Shown here: in pieces, positions 45,501-58,800 of the stretch | Position numbering within the stretch: position 1 is the first letter of the stretch | Layout of the letters: each line of letters starts with the position of its first letter | From: a virus | Virus record (IMG/VR): IMGVR_UViG_3300045125_000071 | Coordinates: 171,582-235,581 of that record | Length of the DNA stretch: 64,000 bases | Reading direction: 5' to 3' (one strand) | Translations under genes and position numbers: made by a program | The notes under the pieces: generated by a model | Seen by the model: only the letters and a program-made list of their open reading frames with translations | Databases searched by the model: none | What the model was told of the DNA's origin: nothing

Positions 45501-46223
45501 TCAGTCGTATAAATAAAACTCTCTAAATTTTTTATTAAAATTTTCGATATATTTTCTCAATGTACTATTTTTTAACTTATCTGGTAATCCCGTCGATAAA
45601 TAAGCCTGAATCTCATCATCGATTATTTTCTTATTCTGTGAATAACCAATTTCTGTTAAATAATTCTTTGCGAATTGATATGTTTTCTTGTCTATTTTTT
45701 TTAATAATGTATTGATATCTTTTCTATATTCTGAGTTTATATAGTATAATCCATGTGCTATCTCATGTCTGGTCATTAAAGTGTTAATGTCATCAACACC
45801 TATAAGATAATATTTTTCATTTAAACTATGTTCTTCACATTTTTCTATAATTTCTCTCATTAATAAATTATATTCATCAATTTGTCTTTCAAATACTTTA
45901 TATGATTTTTGTAAACTATCAGATGGTATATTATAACCGCCCCAATCAAGATGATACCTAAAAACATTCTTTTTTGTTTTAATCATGTAGTGTTTAACAA
46001 AATATTCCAAACTGAATTCTTTACCTCTGAATTCTTTATATGGTGATTCGTAAAATTCTTGATATCTACAAAATAACATTGCGCGGTCATAATCATTTTC
46101 GATTACGACCGCGTAAATACCTGGAGCGACTATCTGAAGATACCCCTTTACAAGGGTTGTTTTGAAACTATGTATTAGTGGTTTTTTTACCACATGTTTT
46201 TTTATTCTTTTCCACCATGGCAT
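45501..46223 (-). CDS. HEXXH-containing hypothetical protein
   Basis: RHEIAHGLY..DEIQAY; FCRYQEFYESP. Confidence 0.55.
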   Translation of the reverse strand: MPWWKRIKKHVVKKPLIHSFKTTLVKGYLQIVAPGIYAVVIENDYDRAMLFCRYQEFYESPYKEFRGKEFSLEYFVKHYMIKTKKNVFRYHLDWGGYNIPSDSLQKSYKVFERQIDEYNLLMREIIEKCEEHSLNEKYYLIGVDDINTLMTRHEIAHGLYYINSEYRKDINTLLKKIDKKTYQFAKNYLTEIGYSQNKKIIDDEIQAYLSTGLPDKLKNSTLRKYIENFNKKFREFYLYD

Positions 46224-46793
46224 TTTTTTTGGTGGTAGTGGTTTTGGAAAATGTTATGTGTGAATGTGACTTTATTTAGATACTTGGTTGTGAGCATATT
46301 CAAAAATATCTCTCGATACTCTTCTGGTATCTGAACCATATCCGCAGTCACATCAACTTCTAGGCTGACTTCACCCTGCTCAGTGTAAATTGTAAATAAC
46401 TCTTTAAGTTTCACAACACATGATGCTTGCATTAACAAATAAGAAGAGCCTAAAGCAAGTTCTGTTTTTTCATCATTCGATTTCATTCATTATTTTTTTA
46501 TAGAGTTCTGGATTCTCCCTTTCTACCACTCCCCCATCATAACTTCGTACCTACTTAATTGAATATCCCATACAAATATTTCTGTTTAATACTATCAACC
46601 TCACGTTTACAACGAACATTCTCTAAATAGACTTGTGATGTTTTTTCCATTGTCTTATTGGAGAGCTTCATCACAAAGATTATCGAAAAAATATTGACGA
46701 TTAATACAACAATCAAAAAAATTTTTAATTTATCCATAAATCAAATTTAACTAAAACTTTTAAATAAAAAAGTGTGGTTTGGAATATTTTTTA

Positions 46794-48505
46794 TTAAAAA
46801 AAGACATCTTCCACATAAGTCTCTGATTTTACGCGAGTTGTCTCGATTACGTTTAGTGAATTTTTTATAGCCAAAATTCGAGTTATATTAGTCAAATCTG
46901 TGATTGCGGTTAAAAAATGGTCTGGTGGATTTTGATTACAAAAATATCTTGATTGTAAAAGTTTCCCCGTTTTTACATCATGTTCACAAGTAACCCTGTC
47001 TTTACTTTTTGTATCTCTTATAGATACTATTATTGAAGTTTCTTTATCAAAATATCCAGCAACACAATGATGCATATGGGAACCTTCATCAATGTATTCC
47101 AATTCAGTTGTCAACAATTTAAAATTAAATCTATACTCTGTATTTGTTTCCTGGTCAAAATAAGTTTTATTACTATCAATTGCTTTTATAGTATCATCAT
47201 AAAATCTTTTAATACCATAATATTGTTTTTTAATTTGTAATAGTAATCGTGCAAAAGATAAATGTTCATTATGAAACTCATCATAATTGTTAAATCTAAA
47301 CCTCACATTAATATTGTATTCAATTAATTTATTTAATTGGTCTATATGGTCAACTAATAAATTTAATTTATTAATAGTTAATGTAAGAGAATCACAAATA
47401 AATTCTGGTTCTCGTAAAAGTTTAATTACTTTCCTTTTATCGTGTTCAGAAAGATTATATTTCTCAATTCTTCTAAAAATGTGAGAAATACCAACTAATT
47501 CACCATTTGCCGAATTTTGAAAATCTTCGAGTCTAAATTTAGGTATTTCAATATTATTCAAATAATGACCGCTATTATCACCCATAATTTTAACTATATA
47601 GGTCAAAAAATGATATTCAAATCTGGCTTTTCATTGAATATTTTGATTGTTTTTTTTGATTTAATTCCGAATTTATCAAGAATCGCAACCAGAAGTTTTC
47701 TATCACTCTTTTTAAGATGTTTTTCAGTTGGATAAAAATGTCGAATCAACCAGCTTGGTGTATTGTTAGCTATTTTAATTTTTTTAAACTTAATGAAAGT
47801 ATCTATTATGTTATCGTAAAATGATTTGTTAGATTTTTCATCAATACCTAATTCATCTAAAAAAATATACATGAAATTTTGAATATCATTGAAATCATCA
47901 AAAGCATCTCTTAATTTTTGATTTGCTAAAATATCAAGACCAAATTTTGTTAACAAACTACTCTGATATATCACACGATGTAATAAATTGAAATTGTTCA
48001 CTCTAAAGGTTTTGGATTCACCTTTATTATGTTTATTTAAAATGCTGATATGTATATTACCTGTTTTTGTATTGATAGTGATTGAATTTATGTTGGTTGT
48101 ATATTTAAAAACATATCGTTGTAATCCCTGGATTTAGTATGATGAAAAATTTTAATGGTCAATTTATCACCATTCCTGATAATTTTTCTCTCAATATAAT
48201 GTGTTATAATTGAAACAAAAGGTTTTCCATAATATTTTTTTATTTTATCATCTTCATTTGTCCATATCGTTTTATTTACACGTTCAAAATACCCATGATG
48301 ATATACCCCATTCTGGTTATTATGAAAAAATTTTGTTGTTCTATTTTTATATTTTGGTGGAATGTTTAAATTAACAAAAAGAATTACCTATTGAACCAAA
48401 AATATCTGATTCATTTTCGTAAAGGTGTTTTTTACTTATTTGGCAATAGTTTTTCACCATAGTAATAGATGCATAATTAATTTTCTTACAATACAAAATT
48501 TCCAT
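46794..48505 (-). CDS. PcfJ-domain protein (frameshifted)
   Basis: EGSHMHHCVAGY, IVSIR, QSRYFCN. Confidence 0.7.
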
Positions 48506-48895
48506 GTTAAAATTTTTTGTTAGGATATTTATAAAAAAAATTATGGCTAAAAGTAAAAGTGTAAGTGAGAAAACAAAGATTTCTTTTGGCAAGAGAAAAG
48601 AGGTAGGGTCGCAAGTCATATAATAAACATGACAGAAGCGAAAGAAATTATAACGGTCAAGGTCGTTGATTCCCCATAAGTGAATCTTGTATTTCATATT
48701 GCTTCTGAATCATAAAATCTATCTTTTGACTCATTGAATCCAATTTTATGTTTGTTAATTCCAACTGCTTTTCAACTGATGCTGAGTTAGAATGTGAATT
48801 TACTTTAACAACATCATTTATTTTCTTGAGCATAATATAAAAAAATATGATTGTCACAATGATTGCAACAAAAAATTCGATATATTTTTGATTTT

Positions 48896-49564
48896 TCATG
48901 GTTTGAAGTTATCTAAACTTAGAGATGTGTTCACATTTTTATAGAATAGATATAAAAGATAAAAAATTATGATAATAGCACTTGTAATGACACCAGCGGT
49001 TGCTCCACGCATTATATTATCACCGATATTAATTCCACTTTTTTCAATTTCTTCTTTGTTCTTTATTTTCTTTTCCATTCTTTTTTGTTCTATTAGTTGA
49101 TATTCTTCATCCTGTTCAAAAATTTCAGGATTATTAACAACGGTTTTTAAAAGAGCCTTATTAGTTAGTTCGTTGAAAAAATATTCATTATTATGACAAG
49201 AGACTATGGCATTATAAATCAATTCACTATCATCACTTTTTGTTAAATAAGAATTAGCACCAAGACTCATCATTCTACTAACCATACTTGTTTGATTATG
49301 CATGGATAATATGATGACTTTGATATTTCGATACTCTTCATTAGATTTCAATATTGGTAGTACCGCCATACCATCCATATTTGGCATGTTGATATCCAGC
49401 AATATCACATCTGGTTTTATGTTTCTCAATTTATACAATAAATCGGAACCATCAACGGCCTCACCAACAATTTGAATATCATCCTTGGTTGATAATGCCA
49501 TTTTAACACCTTGTCTAAATAGGGTGTGGTCATCACAAATGAAGACTTTAATCGGACGATTCAT
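48896..49564 (-). CDS. NarL-like receiver domain with a C-terminal transmembrane helix
   Basis: CDDH, LLDINMP, ILSMH, YLTK; no LuxR HTH; C-terminal AGVITSAIIIIFYLLYLFY. Confidence 0.85.
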   Translation of the reverse strand: MNRPIKVFICDDHTLFRQGVKMALSTKDDIQIVGEAVDGSDLLYKLRNIKPDVILLDINMPNMDGMAVLPILKSNEEYRNIKVIILSMHNQTSMVSRMMSLGANSYLTKSDDSELIYNAIVSCHNNEYFFNELTNKALLKTVVNNPEIFEQDEEYQLIEQKRMEKKIKNKEEIEKSGINIGDNIMRGATAGVITSAIIIIFYLLYLFYKNVNTSLSLDNFKP

Positions 49565-49608
49565 AATTAACCCAATTATAGACGGTAAAGATAGGGTAAA
49601 GTATTCAA

Positions 49609-50235
49609 TTAATAAAATTTTATTTTAGGGAATAGGATATTTTCCATAAAATAAGTTGCGGAGACCTCGCCAATCTTCTTTTTCAATACATTATATGTCC
49701 TGGGATTTTTTGATTGGATTTCACAGTAATTATTCTGAATCTCAATGATTTTCCTATAATCACCAGTCTCTTTTATATTCAAAATTTCATTAATATACCA
49801 ACTATACTTTGATATTGCCCAATTGCAAAATCGTTTTAGCTCATCCATTGATGATGGTTTAATCAATATGAACCTATCGCTAAAAACAGTTGCCCATTCT
49901 GGTAATGGTTTCCTTTCATCCCAACTAACACCCTCATCAAAGGGGTAGCTTTTGAGACCAGGACTTAAATCCATGTAAGCACCAATTGGGTTGTTATCAC
50001 TTATAATGACATCAAATCCAAAAATAGGTTCTGACTCAATGGTGTGGAAATGTTGTTATATGAAGAACATCGACTTTGGAATCTGTGTATCTTTCAACAT
50101 GTGCCATCCTAAAGATGTCAGATTTGAAACGATAATTACTCCACCCATAATCTTCAGTTGTTAATTCAACAACATTATTTGTTGCATTGATTACGTCTAA
50201 AAACTGTAAGAAACATCATCTAGAAAATTATACAT
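49609..50235 (-). CDS. ferredoxin-dependent bilin reductase, PcyA-like (frameshifted)
   Basis: Manual reading: FRMAHVE, VLHITTFP, PIFGFDVI, MDLSP, PLPEWATVFS, QNNYCEIQSKNPRT. Confidence 0.75.
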
Positions 50236-50770
50236 TGATTGTTTTTTTGTGCAATTTTTCGAATATATCAATTATAAAATCATAACCTTTATTAACCTCA
50301 TCGGCCCATTCATCTTTCTGTCGCTCTCTTATGATTTTTATAACTTCTTGACTATTTTCAAAATCGTACATTTTACCTGACCCTGGAATTTTAGACTTCA
50401 TCATTTGTCCACCAAACAACAAAGCTAAATAATTTAAATAAACATGGGGCCAAATTGTTTCTTCATCCAATGTAGATAGATAATTACAATAACTATCAGC
50501 AATTTTTGTTTCTTGGTCTATGATATTATTTTGGTTATTACCATTATAGTACGCAAGATTCATTTCTACAATATCCTGATATATTTTACCTGACCTTAGA
50601 AATTCATTCGGTAAAAGAATGATACTTTCTATTTTTTCGAATATCTTATGTTGTGATTTTAAATATTCTAAGTATTGTAATTGAGTTAATTTGCCATCAA
50701 ACATGATGAGATTGAATGGCATCCTTTCAGCTAACTTATGTTTTATTGCGGTAGCTTCTCTTAAATTCAT
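50228..50770 (-). CDS. heme oxygenase
   Basis: LREATAIKHKLAE (proximal His), HVYLNYLALLFGGQMM, EVNKGYDF. Confidence 0.85.
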   Translation of the reverse strand: MNLREATAIKHKLAERMPFNLIMFDGKLTQLQYLEYLKSQHKIFEKIESIILLPNEFLRSGKIYQDIVEMNLAYYNGNNQNNIIDQETKIADSYCNYLSTLDEETIWPHVYLNYLALLFGGQMMKSKIPGSGKMYDFENSQEVIKIIRERQKDEWADEVNKGYDFIIDIFEKLHKKTINV

Positions 50771-52127
50771 TAAAAGAATTTACTTCCCTCATTTTATATT
50801 GGTTAACAATCTGTTTCGGTATATAACTTCTACCAAACATATCTAATTTTTCAATTGGTTTTCCAGTTTTAATTATTTCCTGAGCTTTAACTTTATTTGT
50901 CACAAAACCAACAATTTCATACTGAGCATTAAAACCGATTAACTTTCCATTATCTGTCAATAACTCCTCTATTAAATATATTTTCTTCATAAAATCCGAT
51001 TATTATAATAATAAGAAAAAAATTTGAAAAAACAAAATTTTTTAATTATTTTTATTATCGAATTTTCTAATTGGTGAATTATTATTTTTTGGTTAGGTTG
51101 TTTTGGTGTATAAACCTTTCTTGGTTCTTTTTTAATATATGGTTGTTGTATTAAAAAATCAAAAGGTACATATGGATACCCATAATAAAATTGAGGAAAG
51201 AATTGTCTTTCCCAAAACATTTGATTCCTGTAATTGTATTCTTCAAAAATATTTCTTGGATTGGAATAATACACATCGTCAGGATAATATTCTTTAGTTG
51301 TTACACAACCAACATTAACCAATAGAAAAATGAATAATATATACTTTTTCATATTAATAAATATGGTCAACTAAGTCAAATATTATTTCCAAAATATTTT
51401 GGTCATTAACTTTTTTACCGCTTTCATCTGTTACAGTATAATCAACCATATTTTCACCAGTACCATGTTGCTCAAACTCATCATAAGTGTATTTTTTACC
51501 ATCTATGCTTATTTCATAAACACGATATGTTGTTTTTGATTCATAATGATTAATAATTTTTGCGTTCATATTATTATTATTTAATCCCACCAGGAGCGAA
51601 TATCAGAACCATCAAAATTTTTATAATTATACTCAGTTTTTTTGTACCTCTGATAATATCCCATAATTCTTCCCATTCCATTTCTTTTAATCTCTCTGCT
51701 CTGAGATATATTCTACGATTATAATCAACATCGTCTGGATTGTTATCGTTAGTAAAAATATTAATTTCTTTGAGTTCACCCATTTCTTTCTCCGCTTTTT
51801 CGATATAATGGAACTCATCAATATTATTTAATATTTCTACTGCCCTCCGCATTTTTTTTAACTTCAGGTTTTTTGTCTCAGGTATTTCCATACCTCTTTT
51901 ATCGGTTTCTTTCTCCATTAAAACCAAACAACGAGAAAACATTTGTAATGTATATGAATAATCCCACCATTGGAAATTCATTAATTCTTTTCTGAAAAGC
52001 CAAATATTTCTAAAGAAATTTGGTATATCGTATCTAAAATAATGATACAATTTATACCACCAGGTTTCGTGCATTTTCAATTTTTCTAATGACTTAAAAA
52101 ATGTGTCTGCAAAAGTGATTCGCATAA

Positions 52128-52313
52128 TTAATCGTTTTCGAGTTCGAGTTGTGATTCATTAAATATGTGTAACATACCATTATCCCTCATTTCAGCAACA
52201 ACCCTGGTTTCACCAGATGTTGTTTTAAAGATTGCAACAACAATACCTGGGAATTTATAACCTTTTGGTTTATAAACCTTGTCTCCTACCTTGAATTTGT
52301 AATTATTTTCCAT
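52128..52313 (-). CDS. DfrB/R67-like SH3-fold protein
   Basis: FKVGDKVYKPKGYKFPGIVVAIF..NGMLHIFNESQLE aligns by eye with R67 DHFR FGMGDRVRKKSG..GQIVGWY..GSVQIYPVAALE. Confidence 0.55.
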   Translation of the reverse strand: MENNYKFKVGDKVYKPKGYKFPGIVVAIFKTTSGETRVVAEMRDNGMLHIFNESQLELEND

Positions 52314-52318
52314 ATTTT

Positions 52319-53772
52319 TTAATTTGTGTAAACATATACGCAATCAATTGCCCTTGACATTGCAACATACTTTAATTGTTGTTCAACTTGTTTATCGCTG
52401 AACCTTTTAATCGTATCTTCAAGAACAAAAACTCTACTGTAAGTTCCGCCTTGTGATTTATGAATGGTATGTGCATAACCATAACCCAATGTTTGCTTTA
52501 TTTTATTTTTTCCAGAAACATCTTTGATGTTTTTCATAAATGCTAATTGTGATTCAATCATTCTAGCTTCTTTAAAACAAATCATCGCCTTATAATAATC
52601 TTTATCTTTCATAAATTGGCCACCCATTCTATTTTTATCCGCAATAGCTTCAACAAATAATTGTATTTTATCATTACTTTCATTATTATCAACAACAAAA
52701 ATATTTTTGAAACTATCCTCATCATTCATAAGGTTTTTAAGAATAAGATAAAAACCAGAAAATTCAACATACTCATTTTCTATTTTTACATTTTTAGTAC
52801 CCTTATTAACTTCATGGACCAGATAATCACCACTATTGATTATCAAGGGTTCTTTTGTATCATAATCAATATCAAAATTATTATAACCCATCAATATATC
52901 GTTGACAACAATTTGTTCATCTGTTTGAAATAATACATTTCTCACATAATCGTTTAAACTGTTTACACCAGAATTAGTACCAGATAAAATCCTGAAAAAA
53001 CAATTTATTTTCATTGAATTCTTTAGATTTAAAATTCTCATTTATGATTTTTCTAGCACTATCCGAATCATTCACATAATGAACACTACCATTATCTCTA
53101 ATATCTGTTATGTAAGAAAAATCACCACCTAACCTTAAAATTGTAGATTCTTTTAAAATTGGATTATCGCCAGTTCTTTCAACTTTGGTCAATTGTATTT
53201 TTTTACCTTTTCTAAAAACTGGTGAAACATCAGAATCTTTTACAGGTTTAAGTTGTGCGGGGTCACCTACATATATGATTTTAATTTTATACTTCGTTTT
53301 TCCAAGTTTCCAAAAATCCATATAAAGATTCTGACACCATGGAAGATTCATCAACTATTATAATATCTCCACGTTTAATTTTTTGGTTTATTTTTTTGCG
53401 AATTCTAAATCCTTAATATCGTAATCACCATTTTCAAATTTTAATATCTGGTGCTAACCCAAATAAAGAATGTAGTGTTATTACTTGAGCACCAGGATTT
53501 TTCATTTTAGTTACGGCATTTGCCCTATGCGTTGGACTTGTATAATATTTTTTTACTTTACGGTGTTGTAGGTATTGGTCAAACAACGCAATAATTGTTG
53601 TTTTTCCTGTGCCAGCATAACCCAAAAGTGTTATTTGGTTATCAAATTTTTCAGGATTTTCAATAAATTCTTCTAATTTTAATAACGCGTTTTTTTGTTC
53701 ATCATTTAAACCAAATGATAAATTTATGCTAAAACCATTTTTAAATTTGAATACATTCTTATTTTTTGCCAT
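52319..53772 (-). CDS. Dda/RecD-like SF1B helicase (frameshifted)
   Basis: GYAGTGKT, SPTHRA, VGDPAQLKPV, GYAHTIHKSQG, YVAMSRA. Confidence 0.85.
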
Positions 53773-54397
53773 AGTTAAAATATAATAAAAATTTACTCAA
53801 AATCAAAATCTTTTTGGTCTTTGTAAATTTCTTTTAAATAATGATTTGTTTTACTGTAAACTTCTTTTATATCATTTTGAAACTCGTCATATGTTTTTTC
53901 TTTACAACAACCACATTCTTCAAAATCTAAAAAATACATAGATGATTTATTTGAATAACAAGTACCAGTCCGACCATCATACCAATCACTACCTACTTTA
54001 TAAATTGGGAATCTAGCACCATTTTTTCATCAAATCGGTATTCGATTTTTTCTATCGTACTTTTATTATATCCACCCAATGAGTTTTGGCCCATTGATGT
54101 GTAACTATCCATGTATACAACATCACCTACTTGTTTACTTTCCATTTTTTCTTTTCTTTTTATACTCAACGGTACCTGCCGTTCCAATGAACGCACCGAT
54201 TAATGCGGGTATCAATAATGATTTATCCTCAACGTAGTTTGTGGTGACCACCGCACCAGCCAACATAATACTTGCTGACCATATTCCAGCTGCAATCGAT
54301 TTTCTTTCTTCGACTTTCATGAAATAAACAGTCCAACATACATCTGTTAGAATCATCGCAAACATTACAATAAAAAACTTAATAACGTAATCCATAT

Positions 54398-54634
54398 TTA
54401 ATTTATTATATTAATTTCAGCTTCTGTTTCAATCACCACTCTAGCACCACAAGATAATAATGGTTTGGAGTCACAACCTGGTCCACCATAAATGATTCTG
54501 CTTGGACCCAATATCTCAACTTCATTACAATAGATATTCTTTCTTCCTTGTTTGATTGTTATCACTGGAAGATTTGTGTCCTTTGTTTTATTGGACCTTA
54601 TGTTATGCTGATTGACATGAATTCGTGTTTTCAT
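54398..54634 (-). CDS. conserved phage hypothetical protein
   Basis: IHVNQHNIRSN..PLLSCGARVVIET. Confidence 0.65.
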   Translation of the reverse strand: MKTRIHVNQHNIRSNKTKDTNLPVITIKQGRKNIYCNEVEILGPSRIIYGGPGCDSKPLLSCGARVVIETEAEINIIN

Positions 54635-57600
54635 ATTTTATAACCACATTAATGCAAGACATAACATTATAAAAAAACAATTGTAAAACCGAATGATAGC
54701 CATACTAAAAATTGAAATATTTCTATAACCCTATTCAAAAATCCTAATTTATTTTGTTTAGAAATGACTAACAATCCAGTACAAACGGACATTAAAATAA
54801 AACTAATTATAAGTACCGTTGACGAAATTTTACTTGCTAATAAAAGTATTTCTTTCATAATTTTTATTTTTTAGGTTCAATATAATCAATTCTTGTTATC
54901 CTATGTGGTGGTATATGTCTATACGCTATATTAGCGCTATATTCTTCTTTGGGTAATTCATATGAAAAACCAGTTCTAAAAACATTATCAATAAACATTT
55001 TTCTTTCATCGTAATTATTTACCCTATTAAGGTTAACCTCATACCAGTTTTCTCGGTTGTAATCTTCTTGGTAATATATGTAATAGCGAGCGGGATAATA
55101 TTTTTCTTGATTTTCCATATTTTTGCGTTAATCAATAAAAATTACACAATTTTTTTTGTTTTTCCAAATTTGGTAGGTGTTTTTTTCTACCAAACAATAC
55201 ATACATCTACGAGTTCCTGATATGAGTCCCATAACTTATGATTTAAGGTCTTCTTCAATTATATTGACCATCTCATCAAAAGAAACATTTTCGTTCTTCT
55301 GCCAATTTTTTTATATAATCCTCACTTAGTTGAATATACGATGCCTTACTGTTTCTATTTGAATCTTCGATTAGTTTACTTGCTTCGAGTAGTTTTGATA
55401 CTAATGATTTTTGATTATTCATAAACTTCTATTTTTTTGTTTTTTTCATTTTCAATATATGATTTTAACTTATTAATACACACCTTTACTTTACCATCGA
55501 TGTCAATAACTGTTGGATTTTCTAATGCCCGTAAAAAATCATGTATTGTTTCTTCTGTTATGTTTCTTTTAATATATTTAATCCCATCATAAAGATGTTC
55601 CGCAGTATCAATATAATCAGAAGTTTCTAATATATTAAGGATTTCCAAAATAGTTTCTCGCCTTTTGCTATTTTCGTTATTCATAAACTTCTATTTTTTC
55701 TCCGTTGTATGTCTAATGTGATTTGTTTGGTTGGAATTTTATACGGTGTATTATCCACATTACTTGGAATCATGATACTGGATAAGAGTCCGTATTTCTC
55801 TTTCCATATAGGAAGCGCAAGTTGATATCGCTCATCCAAACTCAACTCTCGTTCTTCAATTTTTAATCCCCATCTATCGGAGAAGCCTTTATCGGTTTTG
55901 ATTTTGTTGATGAATTCATCTTTTGTTAATCTCAAACCAATTTCTGTCATTTTTTCTTTTGACATATTTGGTAAAATCTTCGCATCTTCTATTAAATAAA
56001 TCCAATAAACCTCATCAATGATTTGGTTGTATCGTTCTTTACTCATAACTTACATTTTTACTCTTTATATTTGTTTGCTAAATAGGTTTTATCCTCACCA
56101 TCCCAACATATCTTGTCGATATAATGTGGTCCGAACCATTCGTGTCTGCCATCGATTTCTACACGATACCCAGTGCTCCATATCTTCTCCGCATGTTCTC
56201 TCGCTTTCTCTGCGGAGTCAACATCGTATGTGAACACGTTTCCGTTCTTAAAGTAAATGTACATTTTCATGGTTGAATATTTTATTTTTTCCGTGATTTT
56301 ATTTATCAGTCAAAACAAAGTGTACCATCGGTATTTTTTTATCGTTGACATATACTATAACAGTATCTGTTTTTATTGTTTTATGGTTATGTGATTGAAA
56401 CTCTACTCTATACTTTACAATATCTATAAAATGTTCGACCATTTCTGTTGAAATATTTTCGTATTCAAAAAAGTATGGTCTGTTGATATACATCGACCAA
56501 CACTAAATAATTGTTCAACGACATGATTAACAATTCGAGTTGTTCTACCAGTTTGTCTATTATTTTCCATAATTTTTTATTTAATCTTTTAATAACTCTA
56601 ATACCCTTTGCTTCAGTTCTTCAAACTCCATATCTGTATGCGGGCGTTGGAAACACTCAAATTTAACCCCACCCCCCGTAAATTCATCCGCAGTTACTAA
56701 AATGTGATAATCTTCCGCAAGGGGGGATTTGTTTAATTTTTCCGAATACGCCTCTATTATTTCTAAATTACTTTTGGTAATCTTACTATAAAAATTGGTT
56801 TGCTCATGGTTTTGTTTTGATTTTAAATTAAAAAGAGTACTCTCGCACTATAGTATCCTCCCCTATTTTATTGTTAAAAGTATCATTGTGTCTCATGTAT
56901 AATCTTTTCAGCCTCTGCAATATCTTTTGGGAATGAAGATAAATAGGATATAACATTTGTCAAAATTGTATTTCCTCCAATATCCTGCCAAACTTCACTT
57001 ACTGTTGATTCGTACTGATTATCTAGCGTGTACACTTTACTTGAGGAATGAAGACTGTACATTTCTTTGCTTCAATCGTGTATTTTTTCTGAATAATTCT
57101 GTATTCCATAGTTTATCATTTAAAAGGTATATTAATAACTAATCCGTGTTTCATATCCATTATCTATTTTCATAAACTCATCAATCTCTGCCTAGGATAA
57201 TTCTTAGGAAATGCACAAAATTTTGTTGCAGTTGGAGCCATATTTTGAATGTTCTCCTATCCTCTTTGTCAAGATTAACATGATTGGTTCATTGGATGTG
57301 TCATATATTTTATTGCCGATTTTTACTTTCATAATTTATTGTTTTTATTTAAATCTTCGAATTGGTTCTTTTTTGAAGAAAAACCCAACTACATCAACAT
57401 AAGGAAGTAGTTCTTTGTCTCCTTCAATTGTTGTGTTTCCTTTACTAGCCTTCAACATTATTATTTTGAATCCAAATTTATTGGATAACCACTTGATGAA
57501 TTTTACGTGTACTCTATTCATTTGTTTTTTAATTTATTTTATTAACAACAGGAAAAATTCCTTCATGTCTCAAGTACTCATAGTTTTCCATCTCTTCGGG

Positions 57601-57969
57601 TTTATCAATTGGCATTTGAACCAAATTAACTGATGTTTCATTGTATTCAAGTAATGTCATCGTCATAACGTATAAGATTCCTTTATTGTTTTTATGTTCT
57701 AATTGTTCTTTAAAATGAGAAAGGTTTAATGTTTCCATGATTTTTAATTTAATTTTCTTTTTTAACTATCTCGTACTCTTGAGTCTCATCATCATCATCA
57801 CTCAAACATTTTATTTCGATTCCGAAATTTTGTTTGAGAATCCAATTAATTGTATCCACCACTTCCCATGGTGTGTAATCAGTATTAATTTCAAATTTGT
57901 TTTTTTTCATGATTTTTTAATTTGTTTGTTAATAAATGTATCAAATATATTTGTAATTACCAAATTTAC

Positions 57970-58800
57970 CTATATCGCAATTTCTAAAGGTGAAACAATT
58001 TTTAGAATATTTTCGGTTCCTAAAATATCAAAATCATTTATTGTGTAATCATAGAAATTTTTGTTCTCTTTCAACATTAATTTTGGTTGTACATTCATTG
58101 GTGTTCTATTTAATACCTCATTAAGTGCATCAAAATGTCTGTCATATATGTGAAGATTTTGAACCAAATGACAAAATTTACCAACCCTATACCCACAATG
58201 TCCAGCAACCATCATTTGCAATGCGACATATTGAATCTTGTTTATATACCCCGCGACCAAGTAATCGTTGCTACGTTGAATCAATGTCATATCTAATATT
58301 AAACCATCATTATCTTTTCTGACCGAAAACATAACCTCGTATGCACAAGGAAACAAACCTTTTGTTTCAGACAAATCATGGTATTGAAACATGTTTATGA
58401 TATGTCTTCTACCGAATGGGTCATCAACTAAACCTTTTAACTTTTCATCAATTAAGTTATATCTACATATTGTTGCACCGTACCTTTGTCCGATTGTGTC
58501 ATCACCAATATTCCATTCATCCCACCAATTAATACCCATTTCTCTTGCAACTTTAAGTGAGGATGTTTGTTTTTGGTATATCCAAAATATTTCTTTGATT
58601 CCAGTTTTGATTGCAGTATTTCTTAGTGTAGGAATTGGATATTCACCTTTTGATATATCATATTCTTCGAATACTCCAGTGATAAACTTAGAGTGTGCTC
58701 GAATACCGTCAGGATATTTTGCTCTTGGATTTTCATCGAAACAGCCTTCGTTGATAATTCTGTTGAGATTATCAATATAATACTTGTCTGCTTTATTCAC
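57970..58800 (-). CDS. thyA: thymidylate synthase
   Basis: WWDEW, IGQRYG, FGRRHI, LFPCA, QRSND, NLHIYDRH. Confidence 0.95.
   Translation of the reverse strand: MNKADKYYIDNLNRIINEGCFDENPRAKYPDGIRAHSKFITGVFEEYDISKGEYPIPTLRNTAIKTGIKEIFWIYQKQTSSLKVAREMGINWWDEWNIGDDTIGQRYGATICRYNLIDEKLKGLVDDPFGRRHIINMFQYHDLSETKGLFPCAYEVMFSVRKDNDGLILDMTLIQRSNDYLVAGYINKIQYVALQMMVAGHCGYRVGKFCHLVQNLHIYDRHFDALNEVLNRTPMNVQPKLMLKENKNFYDYTINDFDILGTENILKIVSPLEIAI

Noticed and set aside
55751..55759. Second TTATCCACA DnaA box
   Set aside because: Lies inside a coding region with no supporting context; shows that single boxes arise by chance.
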